Of a DNA stretch of 64,000 nt, positions 1 through 9,759 are shown piece after piece. Location: assembly GCA_035308565.1 (NCBI GenBank), contig DATGGK010000269.1, positions 23,656-87,655 on the forward strand, read 5' to 3'. Made by a program: the position numbers and the translations under genes. This DNA comes from Planctomycetota bacterium. Its GTDB lineage: Bacteria > Planctomycetota > SZUA-567 > H5-PLA8. Under the pieces are notes generated by a model that was not told where the DNA came from, did no database searches, and saw nothing but the letters and a program-made list of their open reading frames with translations. The number at the start of each line of letters is the position of its first letter. Position 1 is the stretch's first letter.

Positions 1-832
1 CAAGCAAGACGACGGCAAGAAACGCTTCGTGCAGGTGGTCAGCGATCTTTCGCGCGCCTTTGCGCTTTGCGCCGCAAGTGACGAAGCGACGGCGATTCGC
101 GATGACGTGTCATTCTTCCAGACACTGCAATCCGCGCTGAACAAACAGCGTATCGGCAGCACGAAGACGCCAGACCAACTCGACGCCGCGGTGCGGCAGC
201 TTGTGTCGAAAGCGATCACCACGGAAGGACAGGTGATCGACGTATTCACCGCAGCCGGATTGCCGAAGCCGGACATCGGGATTTTGGACGAGCGATTCCT
301 TGCCGAAGTGCGGGGCCTCAAGCACAAGAACGTCGCCGCCGAGCTTCTGGAGAAACTTTTGAAAGACGAATTGAAAGTGCGCTCGAAGCGCAATCTGGTG
401 CAATCGCAGCTATTTTCTGAGAAGCTGAAAAAGACACTCAACGCATACCACAATCGCGCCATTGCCACGCAGGAAATCATCGAAGAACTGATCAAACTGG
501 CGAAGGAAATGGACGCCGCCACAAAGCGCGGGCAGGATCTCGGCTTGAACGACGATGAAATCGCTTTCTACGACGCGCTCGCCGCCAACGAAAGCGCCGT
601 CAAAGCGATGGGCAGCGCTGAATTGAAAGTGATCGCCGCCGAGTTGGTCACGCAAGTCCGCCAGAGTGTAACCATCGACTGGACACTGCGCGAAAGCGCG
701 CGCGCGAAGATCAAAGTGATGGTGAAGCGTATCCTCAAAAAGCACGGCTACCCGCCGGACTTGGCGGAGGAGGCGACGAAGACCGTGCTCGCGCAGGCGG
801 AATTGCTGTGCGCGGATTGGACGAGCAAGTAG
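1..832 (+). CDS. hsdR: Type I restriction enzyme R subunit, C-terminal domain only. The N-terminus lies upstream of the window.
   Basis: The reading frame is open from position 2. The C-terminal sequence ...LNDDEIAFYDALAANESAVKAMG...KIKVMVKRILKKHGYPPDLAEEATKTVLAQAELLCADW matches the conserved HsdR C-terminal (DUF3387-like) region from memory. Confidence 0.55.
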   Translation, partial: KQDDGKKRFVQVVSDLSRAFALCAASDEATAIRDDVSFFQTLQSALNKQRIGSTKTPDQLDAAVRQLVSKAITTEGQVIDVFTAAGLPKPDIGILDERFLAEVRGLKHKNVAAELLEKLLKDELKVRSKRNLVQSQLFSEKLKKTLNAYHNRAIATQEIIEELIKLAKEMDAATKRGQDLGLNDDEIAFYDALAANESAVKAMGSAELKVIAAELVTQVRQSVTIDWTLRESARAKIKVMVKRILKKHGYPPDLAEEATKTVLAQAELLCADWTSK

Positions 833-1086
833 AGGCAGCTAAACATTGTGTTCATTGACCGATTTAATGCCTGGCGGCAATCTGATCACGGAGCCTGACA
901 ACTTATTGAAATTAAATCCGAAGGCATGCAGTTTGTTCGCCTCTGGACTGCGCATCGCGAAGTCGTCGGTGGTAGCGTTCTCTTTCGAAAGAGATTCTCA
1001 GAACGAATTCCATTGCTAAGATGAGAACAGATTGTCGCCGTCGAATCGGTGTACGAATAGAAGTCCCCGATATAGGATTAAACGCT

Positions 1087-3753
1087 ATGAAACAACTCAT
1101 GTTGCTTTTCGTTTTCGCATCTTCGGTCGTGTTCGGCGGCGACGCTGCGGTTGGCACGCCGCAAACGGAACTCTGGCGCGACGCCGGCCAGCCTATCGAC
1201 CGCCGCGTGGACGATCTCGTTGGGCGCATGACGCTGCAAGAGAAGATTGCGCAGACGATGATGGATGCGCCGGTGATCGAGCGACTGGGGATTCCCGCGT
1301 ATCATTGGTGGAACGAGGCGCTGCACGGCGTAGCTCGTGCCGGCCACGCAACCGTCTTTCCGCAAGCCATCGGCCTGGCGGCCACGTGGAACACCGATCT
1401 GCACGGACAGATCGCCGATGTGATCAGCACCGAAGCCCGCGCGAAACACAACGAATACGCGCGGCAAAACTCGCGCACGATCTATCACGGGCTGACGCTC
1501 TGGTCGCCGAACGTGAACATTTTCCGCGATCCGCGCTGGGGCCGCGGCCATGAGACATACGGCGAAGATCCTTATCTGACGGGGCGCTTCGGCGTGGCAT
1601 TCGTGCGCGGGATTCAAGGCAACGATCCGCAATTCTTAAAGGCCATCGCCACGCCCAAGCATTTTGCCGTGCACAGCGGGCCGGAGCCTCTGCGGCATGG
1701 CTTTGACCCGACGATTTCGCCGCGCGATTTGTGGGAGACCTATCTGCCCGCGTTCGAAGCCTGCATTCGCGAAGGCAAGGCGTATTCGACTATGGCAGCC
1801 TACAACGGATTCAATGGCGTTCCTTGCACGGGCAATCCGGTACTGTTGACCACGCTCCTGCGCCAGCAGTGGGGTTTCGAGGGCTGCGTGGTCTCGGACG
1901 TGGACAGCGTCGGCGATATTTGGAAGGGGCACAAACTCGCCAAGGACGCCGCCGAAGCTAGTGCGATGGCGATCAAGGCAGGCGACGATCTGTGCAGCGG
2001 CACTACATATAAAGGGCTTGACGAGGCGCTCAAGCGCGGCTTGATTCAGGAGGCGGACATCGACCGCGCGGTGAAGAATCTTTTCCGTGCGCGCTTCAAG
2101 CTGGGCTTCTTCGATACGCCCGAGCGCTGCGCGTACCAGCGCATTCCGTTCTCGGAGAATTGCAAGCCCGAGCACGACCGGCTGGCCTTGGAGGCGGCGC
2201 GACAATCGCTTGTGCTGCTCAAGAACGACGGCATTTTGCCGCTGCGCGAAGAGGGACTGAAAACGGTCGCCGTCCTGGGGCCGACGGCTGACAACACGCA
2301 GGCGGTGCTTGGAAACTATTTTGGCATCCCGGTTGAGCCCGTGACGATCCTCAACGGTTTGCGCAAGCGGCTCGAACCGCGCGGCGTGAAAGTGCTTCAT
2401 GAAGGGCTGGTGCCGCTGGTGGACGGATTCCGCGGCAACTTTTTGCCGCTTCCCACGGATGCGCTCTATAGCGACGAGTCGAAGAAGACTGCCGGACTCA
2501 CGTGCGAGTTCTTCGATAATCTCGAACTGAAGGGAACGCCGCATTCACTGCGGGTCAACGATGCAGATTTATTTTGGAACCGAGACAAACGATTGCCGGC
2601 CATGCCGATCGGCCAATGTTCAATGCGTCTGTCCGGCGCGGTCGTTCCGTCGAGTTCCGGCGAGTATGTGTTGCGCGCTACCGGCGATGGCGCGGTGCGG
2701 CTTTGGTTCGACGGCAAACAGGTTGTAGACAAATGGACCAAGGCCGGCACGAAAACCGAAAGCGTGGCGCTGACGCTGGAGGCTGGCCGCGCGTACCCGA
2801 TCCGCGTGGAGTATTTCCAGAGCGGGGACTCCGGCATGCTCCGGCTGGACTGGAAGACGCCGCACTCCGCAAATCCAATTCAGCGCGCCACCGATTTGGC
2901 GCAGCAGGCGGACCTCGTCATCCTGACGCTGGGCATCACGCCGGAGCTCGAAGGCGAGGAGATGAAGGTCGATGCCGAGGGTTTCAATGGCGGCGATCGC
3001 ACCACGCTTGCTTTGCCGATCAGCCAGCAGAAGTTGCTCGACGCCATCGCGGCGACAGGAAAGCCCACGGTGCTCGTACTCACCGGCGGCAGCGCGCTTG
3101 CGGTAGATGATAGCCGAGTGGGCGCGGTGTTGCTGGCCTGGTACTACGGGCAACGAGGCGGCGACGCGGTGGCCGAAGCGCTGTTCGGCCAGTACAACCC
3201 CGGCGGCCGGTTGCCCGTCACGTTCTACCGCTCGGTGGCCGACCTGCCGCCGTTCGCAGACTATGCGATGAACGGGCGCACCTACCGCTATTTCAAAGGT
3301 CCGGTGAAATACCCGTTTGGTTACGGCTTGAGCTACACTCGTTTTAACTACGAGAAACTGCGCATTACGCCGACGCAAGCGGATCAACCCGCGCCCGTGC
3401 GCGTCACTGTGGATGTGGTCAATGCGGGCCAGCGCGCGGGGGACGAGGTCGTGCAACTGTACGTGACGCCGCCGCCCGGCGCGCCCACGACGCTGATTCA
3501 CCATCTCGAAGCTTTTCGCCGCGTGAGGCTTCAACCCGGCGAAAAGCGCACCGTGACGTTCGAGCTTGCACCGCGCCAGTTGACTTATGTGAACGATAAA
3601 GGCGAGCGCGTGTGGGGCGGAGGGGCCGTCGGCATTTCCGTAGGGGGTGGCCAGCCGGGCCATACTGCCGGCGTGTTAAGCAGCAGCGTGTTGACCGGGT
3701 CGGCCCAGGTCGAAGCGCGGCCCGCCGCGTTCGGCGCGAAGCCCGCCCAGTAA
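1087..3753 (+). CDS. Glycoside hydrolase family 3 beta-glucosidase/beta-xylosidase with an inserted PA14 domain, secreted
   Basis: ATG at 1087 with signal peptide MKQLMLLFVFASSVVFGG. GH3 N- and C-terminal domain motifs are present (KHFAVHSGPE, GFEGCVVSDVD). A PA14-like beta-sandwich follows (GEYVLRATGDGAVRLWFDGKQVVDKW), then the fibronectin-like C-terminus. Confidence 0.85.
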   Translation: MKQLMLLFVFASSVVFGGDAAVGTPQTELWRDAGQPIDRRVDDLVGRMTLQEKIAQTMMDAPVIERLGIPAYHWWNEALHGVARAGHATVFPQAIGLAATWNTDLHGQIADVISTEARAKHNEYARQNSRTIYHGLTLWSPNVNIFRDPRWGRGHETYGEDPYLTGRFGVAFVRGIQGNDPQFLKAIATPKHFAVHSGPEPLRHGFDPTISPRDLWETYLPAFEACIREGKAYSTMAAYNGFNGVPCTGNPVLLTTLLRQQWGFEGCVVSDVDSVGDIWKGHKLAKDAAEASAMAIKAGDDLCSGTTYKGLDEALKRGLIQEADIDRAVKNLFRARFKLGFFDTPERCAYQRIPFSENCKPEHDRLALEAARQSLVLLKNDGILPLREEGLKTVAVLGPTADNTQAVLGNYFGIPVEPVTILNGLRKRLEPRGVKVLHEGLVPLVDGFRGNFLPLPTDALYSDESKKTAGLTCEFFDNLELKGTPHSLRVNDADLFWNRDKRLPAMPIGQCSMRLSGAVVPSSSGEYVLRATGDGAVRLWFDGKQVVDKWTKAGTKTESVALTLEAGRAYPIRVEYFQSGDSGMLRLDWKTPHSANPIQRATDLAQQADLVILTLGITPELEGEEMKVDAEGFNGGDRTTLALPISQQKLLDAIAATGKPTVLVLTGGSALAVDDSRVGAVLLAWYYGQRGGDAVAEALFGQYNPGGRLPVTFYRSVADLPPFADYAMNGRTYRYFKGPVKYPFGYGLSYTRFNYEKLRITPTQADQPAPVRVTVDVVNAGQRAGDEVVQLYVTPPPGAPTTLIHHLEAFRRVRLQPGEKRTVTFELAPRQLTYVNDKGERVWGGGAVGISVGGGQPGHTAGVLSSSVLTGSAQVEARPAAFGAKPAQ

Positions 3754-3842
3754 TGCGCGACGGATGCGCGTGGTATAAATCAAGTGCCCGCCTGGAATGC
3801 GAGTCCATCCAGCGAATGCGTTGTCAGCTTGATCGCGCTGGC

Positions 3843-3866
3843 GTGTCCGCAGGTTTGCGGACACGC
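3843..3866 (+). terminator. GC-rich hairpin (GTGTCCGCA-ggttt-TGCGGACAC) downstream of the GH3 gene
   Basis: Perfect 9-bp inverted repeat about 90 nt after the stop codon. There is no strong U-tract. Confidence 0.35.
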
Positions 3867-4008
3867 GTTCAACCGTTGGGTGGGCTAACTAAAACACCAT
3901 GCACAAATCCAGCAGGTCTTCTAACGGCGAGCGTTCAAATTCAGACGGCGTTCGAGTTCGGGAATCGGCTACACGGATACGCAAGGCCGGCACGTCGATT
4001 TTCGCGCC

Positions 4009-4160
4009 TTGCGGCACACGTTCTGCACGAATCTTGCCGCGTCCGGCATCCATCCGAAGGTTGCGCAAGACTTGGCGCGGCACCCGGATATCAATCTGAC
4101 AATGGGGTATTACACGCACAGTCTGCTTGAACAGCGCGGGGAAGCGGTTGCGAAGTTGCC
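4009..4160 (+). pseudogene. Relic of a tyrosine recombinase (phage integrase) catalytic C-terminus
   Basis: The translation HTFCTNLAASGIHPKVAQDLARHPDINLTMGYYTHS carries the R..H..R..Y-region consensus of tyrosine integrases. There is no N-terminal integrase sequence upstream; the upstream frames are noise. It lies about 150 nt 5' of tRNA-Thr. Confidence 0.5.
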
Positions 4161-4306
4161 GGCCGTGGATATAATGCAAGACGCGGCAATCAAGACGGGC
4201 ACGGACAACGCGCCAGTGTCTTACCGTTCTGCTTACCGTAATGACGCGGATTTCAAAGCGGGCGCGGCGGACTCTGACGGACGCTCGCCCTATGAAACCG
4301 ACGTGC

Positions 4307-4378
4307 GCCAACTTAGCTCAGTGGTAGAGCAATGCTTTCGTAAAGCATAGGTCCTGGGTTCAAGTCCCAGAGTTGGCT
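4307..4378 (+). tRNA. tRNA-Thr (anticodon CGU)
   Basis: Manual cloverleaf: acceptor GCCAACT/AGTTGGC, D-arm GCTC-AGTGGTA-GAGC, anticodon arm ATGCT-TTCGTAA-AGCAT (U33, anticodon CGT, A37), variable loop AGGTC, T-arm CTGGG-TTCAAGT-CCCAG, discriminator T. No encoded CCA. 72 nt. Confidence 0.9.
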
Positions 4379-4398
4379 TCAGATTTCCCCTATAGAAA

Positions 4399-4436
4399 AG
4401 CCCTCGAAAACGGATTCGGGGGCTTTTTTGTTTTTC
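4399..4436 (+). terminator. Rho-independent terminator after tRNA-Thr
   Basis: AGCCCTCGAAAACGGATTCGGGGGCT forms an 8-bp stem (one G-U pair) with a 6-nt loop, followed by TTTTTTGTTTTT. Confidence 0.65.
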
Positions 4437-5464
4437 CTGATTGTATAGATTTTTGTATAGATTTTCTTTCCTATGAGGATGGCCACTGGGCATCGCATGG
4501 CTCCGCTTCGTGTGATCAAGCCTTTTTCCGCAATGATCCCGTCTGCCGTCTCCTGTCGTCTTGCGGCGTTTGAACGCATCGCCGAACATAGTAACCTGAT
4601 GCGGATTCCGTCACACGCCGGCCGATATTTGGAGACATGATAAACGACCGTTGGGGTCGTGCTGTTTCGCTATCCCATCTGAAGGATCGCCCGCCAGTTC
4701 GACGAACAATCCAGCATGACGCTTCACCATTCCGACGCATCCGCCCGCCTCCATTTTAACGCCGACTAGCTTGACGCCGCCTTCGAGGCGCTCCGCGCAC
4801 GCCTGTCCGCCCATTGCGACGCAGGAACCCACACCGCAATCCGTCGCCCTGTTGCGCTTCCTATTTGCGGCGTTCGAGCGTTACGACGAGGCGACGGGGC
4901 TGGCCGTTACGTCAGGCCAACTTCATGCCCCGGCGCCGAGACATTTGGTTAGTAGAGCCTTTCGGGAATCCAATCCATCGTCTTTCCGTGGGTTCCCATT
5001 TTGAAACTCATCACTGCCCCCAGTACCCCCGCCCATCCAGCGACATCGTCCGGACCGGAACGGCTGCAACCAATCTATTCCGCGTTCATGCGGACGATGG
5101 ATGGCACCGCCCTTTTCAAATTATCCGACATCTTCCACGCATAGAAGCATTGGCCTTTGTCGCTGTACGTGATGCCGTTGGGCGTAAGCTGCTGGACGGC
5201 AAGAACCGCCAACTCGCCTGCAAACTGAAGTGTTGTCATCACTCTTCAGCGGAGTTTTCGTCCAACTGAACCCAGCGTACATCGCTGATGCTGTAAACGA
5301 TACCGGCGTCCTTTGGATTGCAGCCGATCTTGATGGATTTGATGTGCGCGGGATCCAAATGTCCTGAGTCGTCGGGCTTGGACCAACCCGCGCCAAAGAC
5401 GGCATCGGAGAACGGATGAAAATGCACGTGCCGCGGCGTAGACAGTAGCGAAAGGGAATATCCA

Positions 5465-6019
5465 ATGCGCATCGACGACGAACGTCAATCCTCCGGTTCC
5501 ACGGATGACCGAGCATCAGGTCGCGCCGCGGTGACCAATTCAAAACCGAAACGCTGGCCGGTCGTGCTTTCTGTCATCATCTTCCTCTTCCTCGGGGCAG
5601 CAAGTCTTGGATTGGCGCTTTTCGGCGGTGCGAGCTATACGGATTCGTACAGCCACGAGGCTGACCGTTTGTGGGCCATTTTGGCGATGATCGATGCCGG
5701 AATTATCTTTTCGGCAAGCATCGCAGCATTCTTATTTCTTTTTCGCCGAAGCGAGACGATCTGGAAGGCGACGATCCTCCTGCTTGTTCTCTCGCTGGCG
5801 GGCGATGGCGTCTTGATCTGGGCTGGCTTTGGGATGCTCGCCGACGCGAAACGGCGCGGCGGCGATTGGGCCGGGCTGAGCGTCGCGGGAAGCCTCATCT
5901 TGGGAATCGTATGTCCGGCGCTGATTGGCGTGGCCGCATTCGCTGGCGGCGCCTGCCTAAGCGCGGCGCGTTCTTCGCGCCGAATGGCAATCGCAGAGAA
6001 TGAGAAGGGCGATTCATAA
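5465..6019 (+). CDS. Hypothetical integral membrane protein with four predicted TM segments
   Basis: ATG start. Hydrophobic segments and GxxxG-like stretches. No family recognised. Confidence 0.5.
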   Translation: MRIDDERQSSGSTDDRASGRAAVTNSKPKRWPVVLSVIIFLFLGAASLGLALFGGASYTDSYSHEADRLWAILAMIDAGIIFSASIAAFLFLFRRSETIWKATILLLVLSLAGDGVLIWAGFGMLADAKRRGGDWAGLSVAGSLILGIVCPALIGVAAFAGGACLSAARSSRRMAIAENEKGDS

Positions 6020-6096
6020 GGCGTGGTGTGCTTCAAGTTGAACTGGTCGTCCCGGCATTGGCCGATATCGGTTAAAAAGGAACAAAGGGCGTTTTC

Positions 6097-6870
6097 ATGG
6101 ATCTGCATTTAGCCAACAAGATTGGGATCGTCACTGGAGCCAGCCGCGGGATCGGCCTGGCGATCGCAGAGGCCCTTTCGGCCGAGGGAATGTCCCTCAC
6201 TCTGGCGGCTCGTTCCAGAGAATCGTTGGAACAATTGGCGGCCTCCCTTCCGACTCCGAGCTTGGTCCAAGTGGTCGATCTGCGTGAACCCCGGGCCCCG
6301 CAGGCGTTGGTCGAGGCGACGATCAATCGGTTTGGCAGGCTCGATCTTCTCGTCAACAACGCTGGAGCGACGGTTCGCGGAGACTTTCTCACGCTTGCCG
6401 AAAAGGATTGGCAGGACGGATTCGACCTCAAGTTCTTTGGCGCCATGCGCTGCTGCCGGGCGGCGTGGAACCATCTGCGGGCGGCTCACGGATCCATCGT
6501 CAACATCGTCGGAATCGGAGGACGGACTGGCTCGGCCGAATTCGCGATCGGGGGCGCGGTGAATGCCGCCCTGCTCAACCTCACCAAGGTTCTCGCCGAC
6601 CGAGGCGTGACTGATGGGGTTCGCGTCAACGCGGTCAATCCGGGAAGCATCGTGACGGACCGTTTGCGAGGGCGCATTGAAAAGTTTGCGTCGGAACACT
6701 CCCTTGATTCGGAGGCCGCCGCGGTGGAGTTGGCTCGAAGCATGAAGGTCGCTCGCTTCGGAGACGCTGCGGAAATCGCCAACGCCGTGGCGTTTCTCGC
6801 ATCGGATGCGTCAGGATATTGTCAGGGGACGATTCTGGATGTCGATGGCGGGCAGACCCGCACCCTTTAG
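6097..6870 (+). CDS. Short-chain dehydrogenase/reductase (SDR) family oxidoreductase
   Basis: N-terminal TGASRGIGLAIA Rossmann motif, NNAG motif, typical length 257 aa. Confidence 0.85.
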   Translation: MDLHLANKIGIVTGASRGIGLAIAEALSAEGMSLTLAARSRESLEQLAASLPTPSLVQVVDLREPRAPQALVEATINRFGRLDLLVNNAGATVRGDFLTLAEKDWQDGFDLKFFGAMRCCRAAWNHLRAAHGSIVNIVGIGGRTGSAEFAIGGAVNAALLNLTKVLADRGVTDGVRVNAVNPGSIVTDRLRGRIEKFASEHSLDSEAAAVELARSMKVARFGDAAEIANAVAFLASDASGYCQGTILDVDGGQTRTL

Positions 6871-6996
6871 TGCATGCTCGGTTTGCACCCATGCAACTGG
6901 ACAGGAGCAAGAAGAAGTGGCGCTCCAAAGACCGGACGAAGCTGGACACCGCAAATGAATGCTGCTATTCTCGTCGCTCCAAATTCAATCATGGAA

Positions 6997-7386
6997 CGGG
7001 GAAAGCAGATGAAGCGTATTCGTTACGAACCGAAGGTCAAGGCATCCATCATCGCAGCCGTGCAAGAAGCCCGAAAAAGCGGGAAGTCTTGGGCGGAGGC
7101 GTTGGTGGCCGCCCATCAAGCCGGTTACAAGGGTACGGTCGATAGCCTGACCCAGTTTGTCGCCGCAAACAACTCGGCAAAGAAGACAGCCGCCGTCAAG
7201 AAAGCGATGGCAAAGGCCACGCCAGCAGTCGCTAAGCCGGCCGTCAAGGCACCAACTGTCAAAACGCCGGCTGTCAAACCGCCTCAAGGCGCGCTTGACA
7301 TCAACGCATTGGTTCACAAAGCGGTGACGGATGCGGTCGTGAATGCCTTGGAAGCCTTGGTGGCGAGGATCAAGGGAGGTAAATAG
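6997..7386 (+). CDS. Hypothetical protein with an N-terminal HTH-like region, an Ala/Lys/Pro-rich histone-H1-like linker and a C-terminal helix
   Basis: The ORF track frame runs 6874-7386; the likely ATG is at 6997 (MERGKQMKRIRYEP). The composition is strongly biased (AAVKKAMAKATPAVAKPAVKAPTVKTPAVKPP). Confidence 0.4.
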   Translation, partial: RGKQMKRIRYEPKVKASIIAAVQEARKSGKSWAEALVAAHQAGYKGTVDSLTQFVAANNSAKKTAAVKKAMAKATPAVAKPAVKAPTVKTPAVKPPQGALDINALVHKAVTDAVVNALEALVARIKGGK

Positions 7387-7733
7387 CAAATAGAGGAAAC
7401 TGCATCCTTGGGCCGTCGTGTGCGATGTCGGAGCCTCGTGCTATGGCAAACGGCGTCTCCGTGAACAAGGGCATCATCCAAGATGCCGGCGCTTGCCTTC
7501 GGCTCGGCTTTCTTCGTATTCGTGAGCGACAAAGCGAATCGCGGGAAGCGCTTTACGCCTCCGAGGAAATCCGCATCCTTTGCGCACACTGAAAATGCGC
7601 GACGGACAAAGCTTCGCCTACTCAGTTTTACCGCCAAAGAATCCCGATTTCTTCGAAAGGATTAGCCGCGCCAGCGTCTTTAGAAGGGAATATCCAAATC
7701 AAACTTTTCGATCCGAAATTGAGGGAACGTACT

Positions 7734-9026
7734 ATGCCGCTATTTTCAACGACCAAATTCTGGCGCCAATTGGCGAATGCGTTCCTTTTGGGCCTGATGT
7801 TTCTTCAAAAAGCCAGATCGGAAGAAGCTGCGGCCACCAAACAGCATTCGATTGAACTGCCGCCGATGCCCGCGGCGAAGGATGTCGTTCCCACGCCGCT
7901 GCTTGAAAGCGAGAATTACAAAATCGCGGAGGACGTTTCGATTTCGAATTATTACTACCGCTTCCACGTCGAATCGACGAGCTATGGAACGTACGACGTC
8001 GATTCGCTGGACCTCCTTCAGGTTCGCCTGTTCGAGATCGGCGTCCTGTCGAAGGCCAACGCTGTCAACGGCGGAGCAGATTTCACAAAAGGCGCGAAAT
8101 CCGACTTGAGCGACACGGCAAAGGCTGCGGCAAAGAGCGTGGTCACCCCGGTTAAATCGGCGAAAGCCCTGGGCGCGGTCATCGAGGATAGCGGACGCGC
8201 CGCCTATGATTTCGTTCGATTAAAGAATCGCAACCAGCCGAAGGATTCGCTGTTGACGGGCGAAGAAAAGCGCAAGGATGCGCACAACCTCGGTCTGGAC
8301 GTCTATTCGACCAATCCGGCCGTGCAGGCTTATCTCGATCAACTCGCCAAATCGCGGGCGACCGGCAGCCGCTTGGTCGATGTGGGCGTCAGCGTGGGCA
8401 CGTTCGTCATGCCCTTCGGAACGCCGGTCAGCGCGGCGATCGCGGCTGGGAAATACCGGGAGAAGCTCGCCGACAAGCTCGACACGATGTCGCCGATGGA
8501 ATTGTATCGTTACAACGACAAAATCCTGAAGAAAATGGACGTCCAGTCGCACGACCGCGAGAACTTCCTGGAATATGCGGATCTCACGCCGAAACAGAAA
8601 ACCGAGATCGTGGCGGATTTGAAGACGCTTGACAACATGCCCGATAAAACTCCCTTTCTTCATGCGTGTGTCGAGCAGCATCCGGCCGAGGGCATCTGGC
8701 AGATACAATGCGCTGATATTCTGGCCAAATACAACAAGACCGTGGATACGATTCAATGGACAAGCAGCGCCGGCATGGCGCTCAATGCGATCTCGACGAA
8801 TGGAAAGCAGTTGATGATCTTTCCAGCGGACATTGTGTGTTGGACTGAAGAACTTCAGAAGACGATCGAAAAAAGCAATTCGATTACCGGAGTGACGCAG
8901 CGCGAATTCGTGACGCCAGCCCATTTGACAGAACGCGCAAAGAAAGAAATCGAAACTCACGGATTTGCGGTGCGAGAGAGCTTTTTGATCGAAGTTCAGC
9001 CTGATGGCGTGAAGGCCACGAAATAG
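7734..9026 (+). CDS. Hypothetical secreted protein
   Basis: ATG at 7734 preceded by GAGGGA. Signal-like N-terminus (FLLGLMFLQKA). 431 aa; no family recognised. Confidence 0.55.
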   Translation: MPLFSTTKFWRQLANAFLLGLMFLQKARSEEAAATKQHSIELPPMPAAKDVVPTPLLESENYKIAEDVSISNYYYRFHVESTSYGTYDVDSLDLLQVRLFEIGVLSKANAVNGGADFTKGAKSDLSDTAKAAAKSVVTPVKSAKALGAVIEDSGRAAYDFVRLKNRNQPKDSLLTGEEKRKDAHNLGLDVYSTNPAVQAYLDQLAKSRATGSRLVDVGVSVGTFVMPFGTPVSAAIAAGKYREKLADKLDTMSPMELYRYNDKILKKMDVQSHDRENFLEYADLTPKQKTEIVADLKTLDNMPDKTPFLHACVEQHPAEGIWQIQCADILAKYNKTVDTIQWTSSAGMALNAISTNGKQLMIFPADIVCWTEELQKTIEKSNSITGVTQREFVTPAHLTERAKKEIETHGFAVRESFLIEVQPDGVKATK

Positions 9027-9493
9027 TCCTTTCGCTTCTTGTGCCTTTTTTCGCCGGTGGCGATGTTTAATTGCTGACAATCAAGGTTGCTGGCTCGCCA
9101 GTGATCTTCAATCCTGGTATCGTCATGAGCCCGCCGGCGTCGGCCTAACCCTCGCCTTGCGCGATCCCAAAAGTCCATTTGAATGTGCCGCCGGGCTTGA
9201 TCCGCCATTGCGCAGGCCGATTCCAAGCGTACCGCTTGCGCCCATGGAATTTCCGCAAAGATAGACGCGGTTCTCGCCGCCGTTCAGCGGGGATGCAGTC
9301 TTGTATCTCAGGGCGATCGAGCGGCCCGGTCCGCAGCCAGCACCGCCGCCCAACTCACCGGCACAGAGCAAGTAAAGTTAAATGGCCTCGCTTTCCTAGG
9401 GAGCTGAAGGAACCGCGGGCAATTCCGCCGGAAGCGTTGTGCAGCACGCCTCAGGGGCCTTACAAAGGCGTGATCGAATTTCGCTTGGAGAGA

Positions 9494-9718
9494 ATGGGCT
9501 TGGATCCCAAGTCCACGTTCGTGCTCTACGAAGTCGAGGGCATTGATGGCAAGGCCTTCGAAGACGTGATCTCCGGCAACAAGACGTTCTCATTGAAACC
9601 GCTCAAAAGCGATTCGAAAGACGGCGTGATTCGTGCAGCCGTGGAGATTGACAAGCGAGCGCAGTATCTCATCGCACCGGCAGGTCAGGGGGAGACGGTT
9701 TTCTTTGGCAAACCCTAG
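9494..9718 (+). CDS. Small hypothetical protein (74 aa)
   Basis: ATG at 9494 preceded by GGAGAG. Protein-like sequence MGLDPKSTFVLYEVEGIDGKAFEDV.... The upstream part of the track ORF is Arg-rich noise. Confidence 0.3.
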   Translation: MGLDPKSTFVLYEVEGIDGKAFEDVISGNKTFSLKPLKSDSKDGVIRAAVEIDKRAQYLIAPAGQGETVFFGKP

Positions 9719-9759
9719 CACGCAGTCCTTTTACCCTTCAGCCCGGGCCGTAGTTATCA

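Noticed and set aside
4771-5269. Plus-strand ORFs of 77 and 151 aa in the gene-poor region after tRNA-Thr
   Set aside because: No protein-like composition. The region is better explained as degraded island DNA with minus-strand gene fragments.
9040-9490. Minus-strand 82-aa ORF (9123-9371) with a GNSMGASGTLGIG-like sequence, and the Arg-rich N-terminal part of the track ORF 9179-9718
   Set aside because: No start context or signal. Composition is biased. Only the last 74 codons of the plus-strand frame, from the ATG at 9494 with GGAGAG upstream, look like a real gene.
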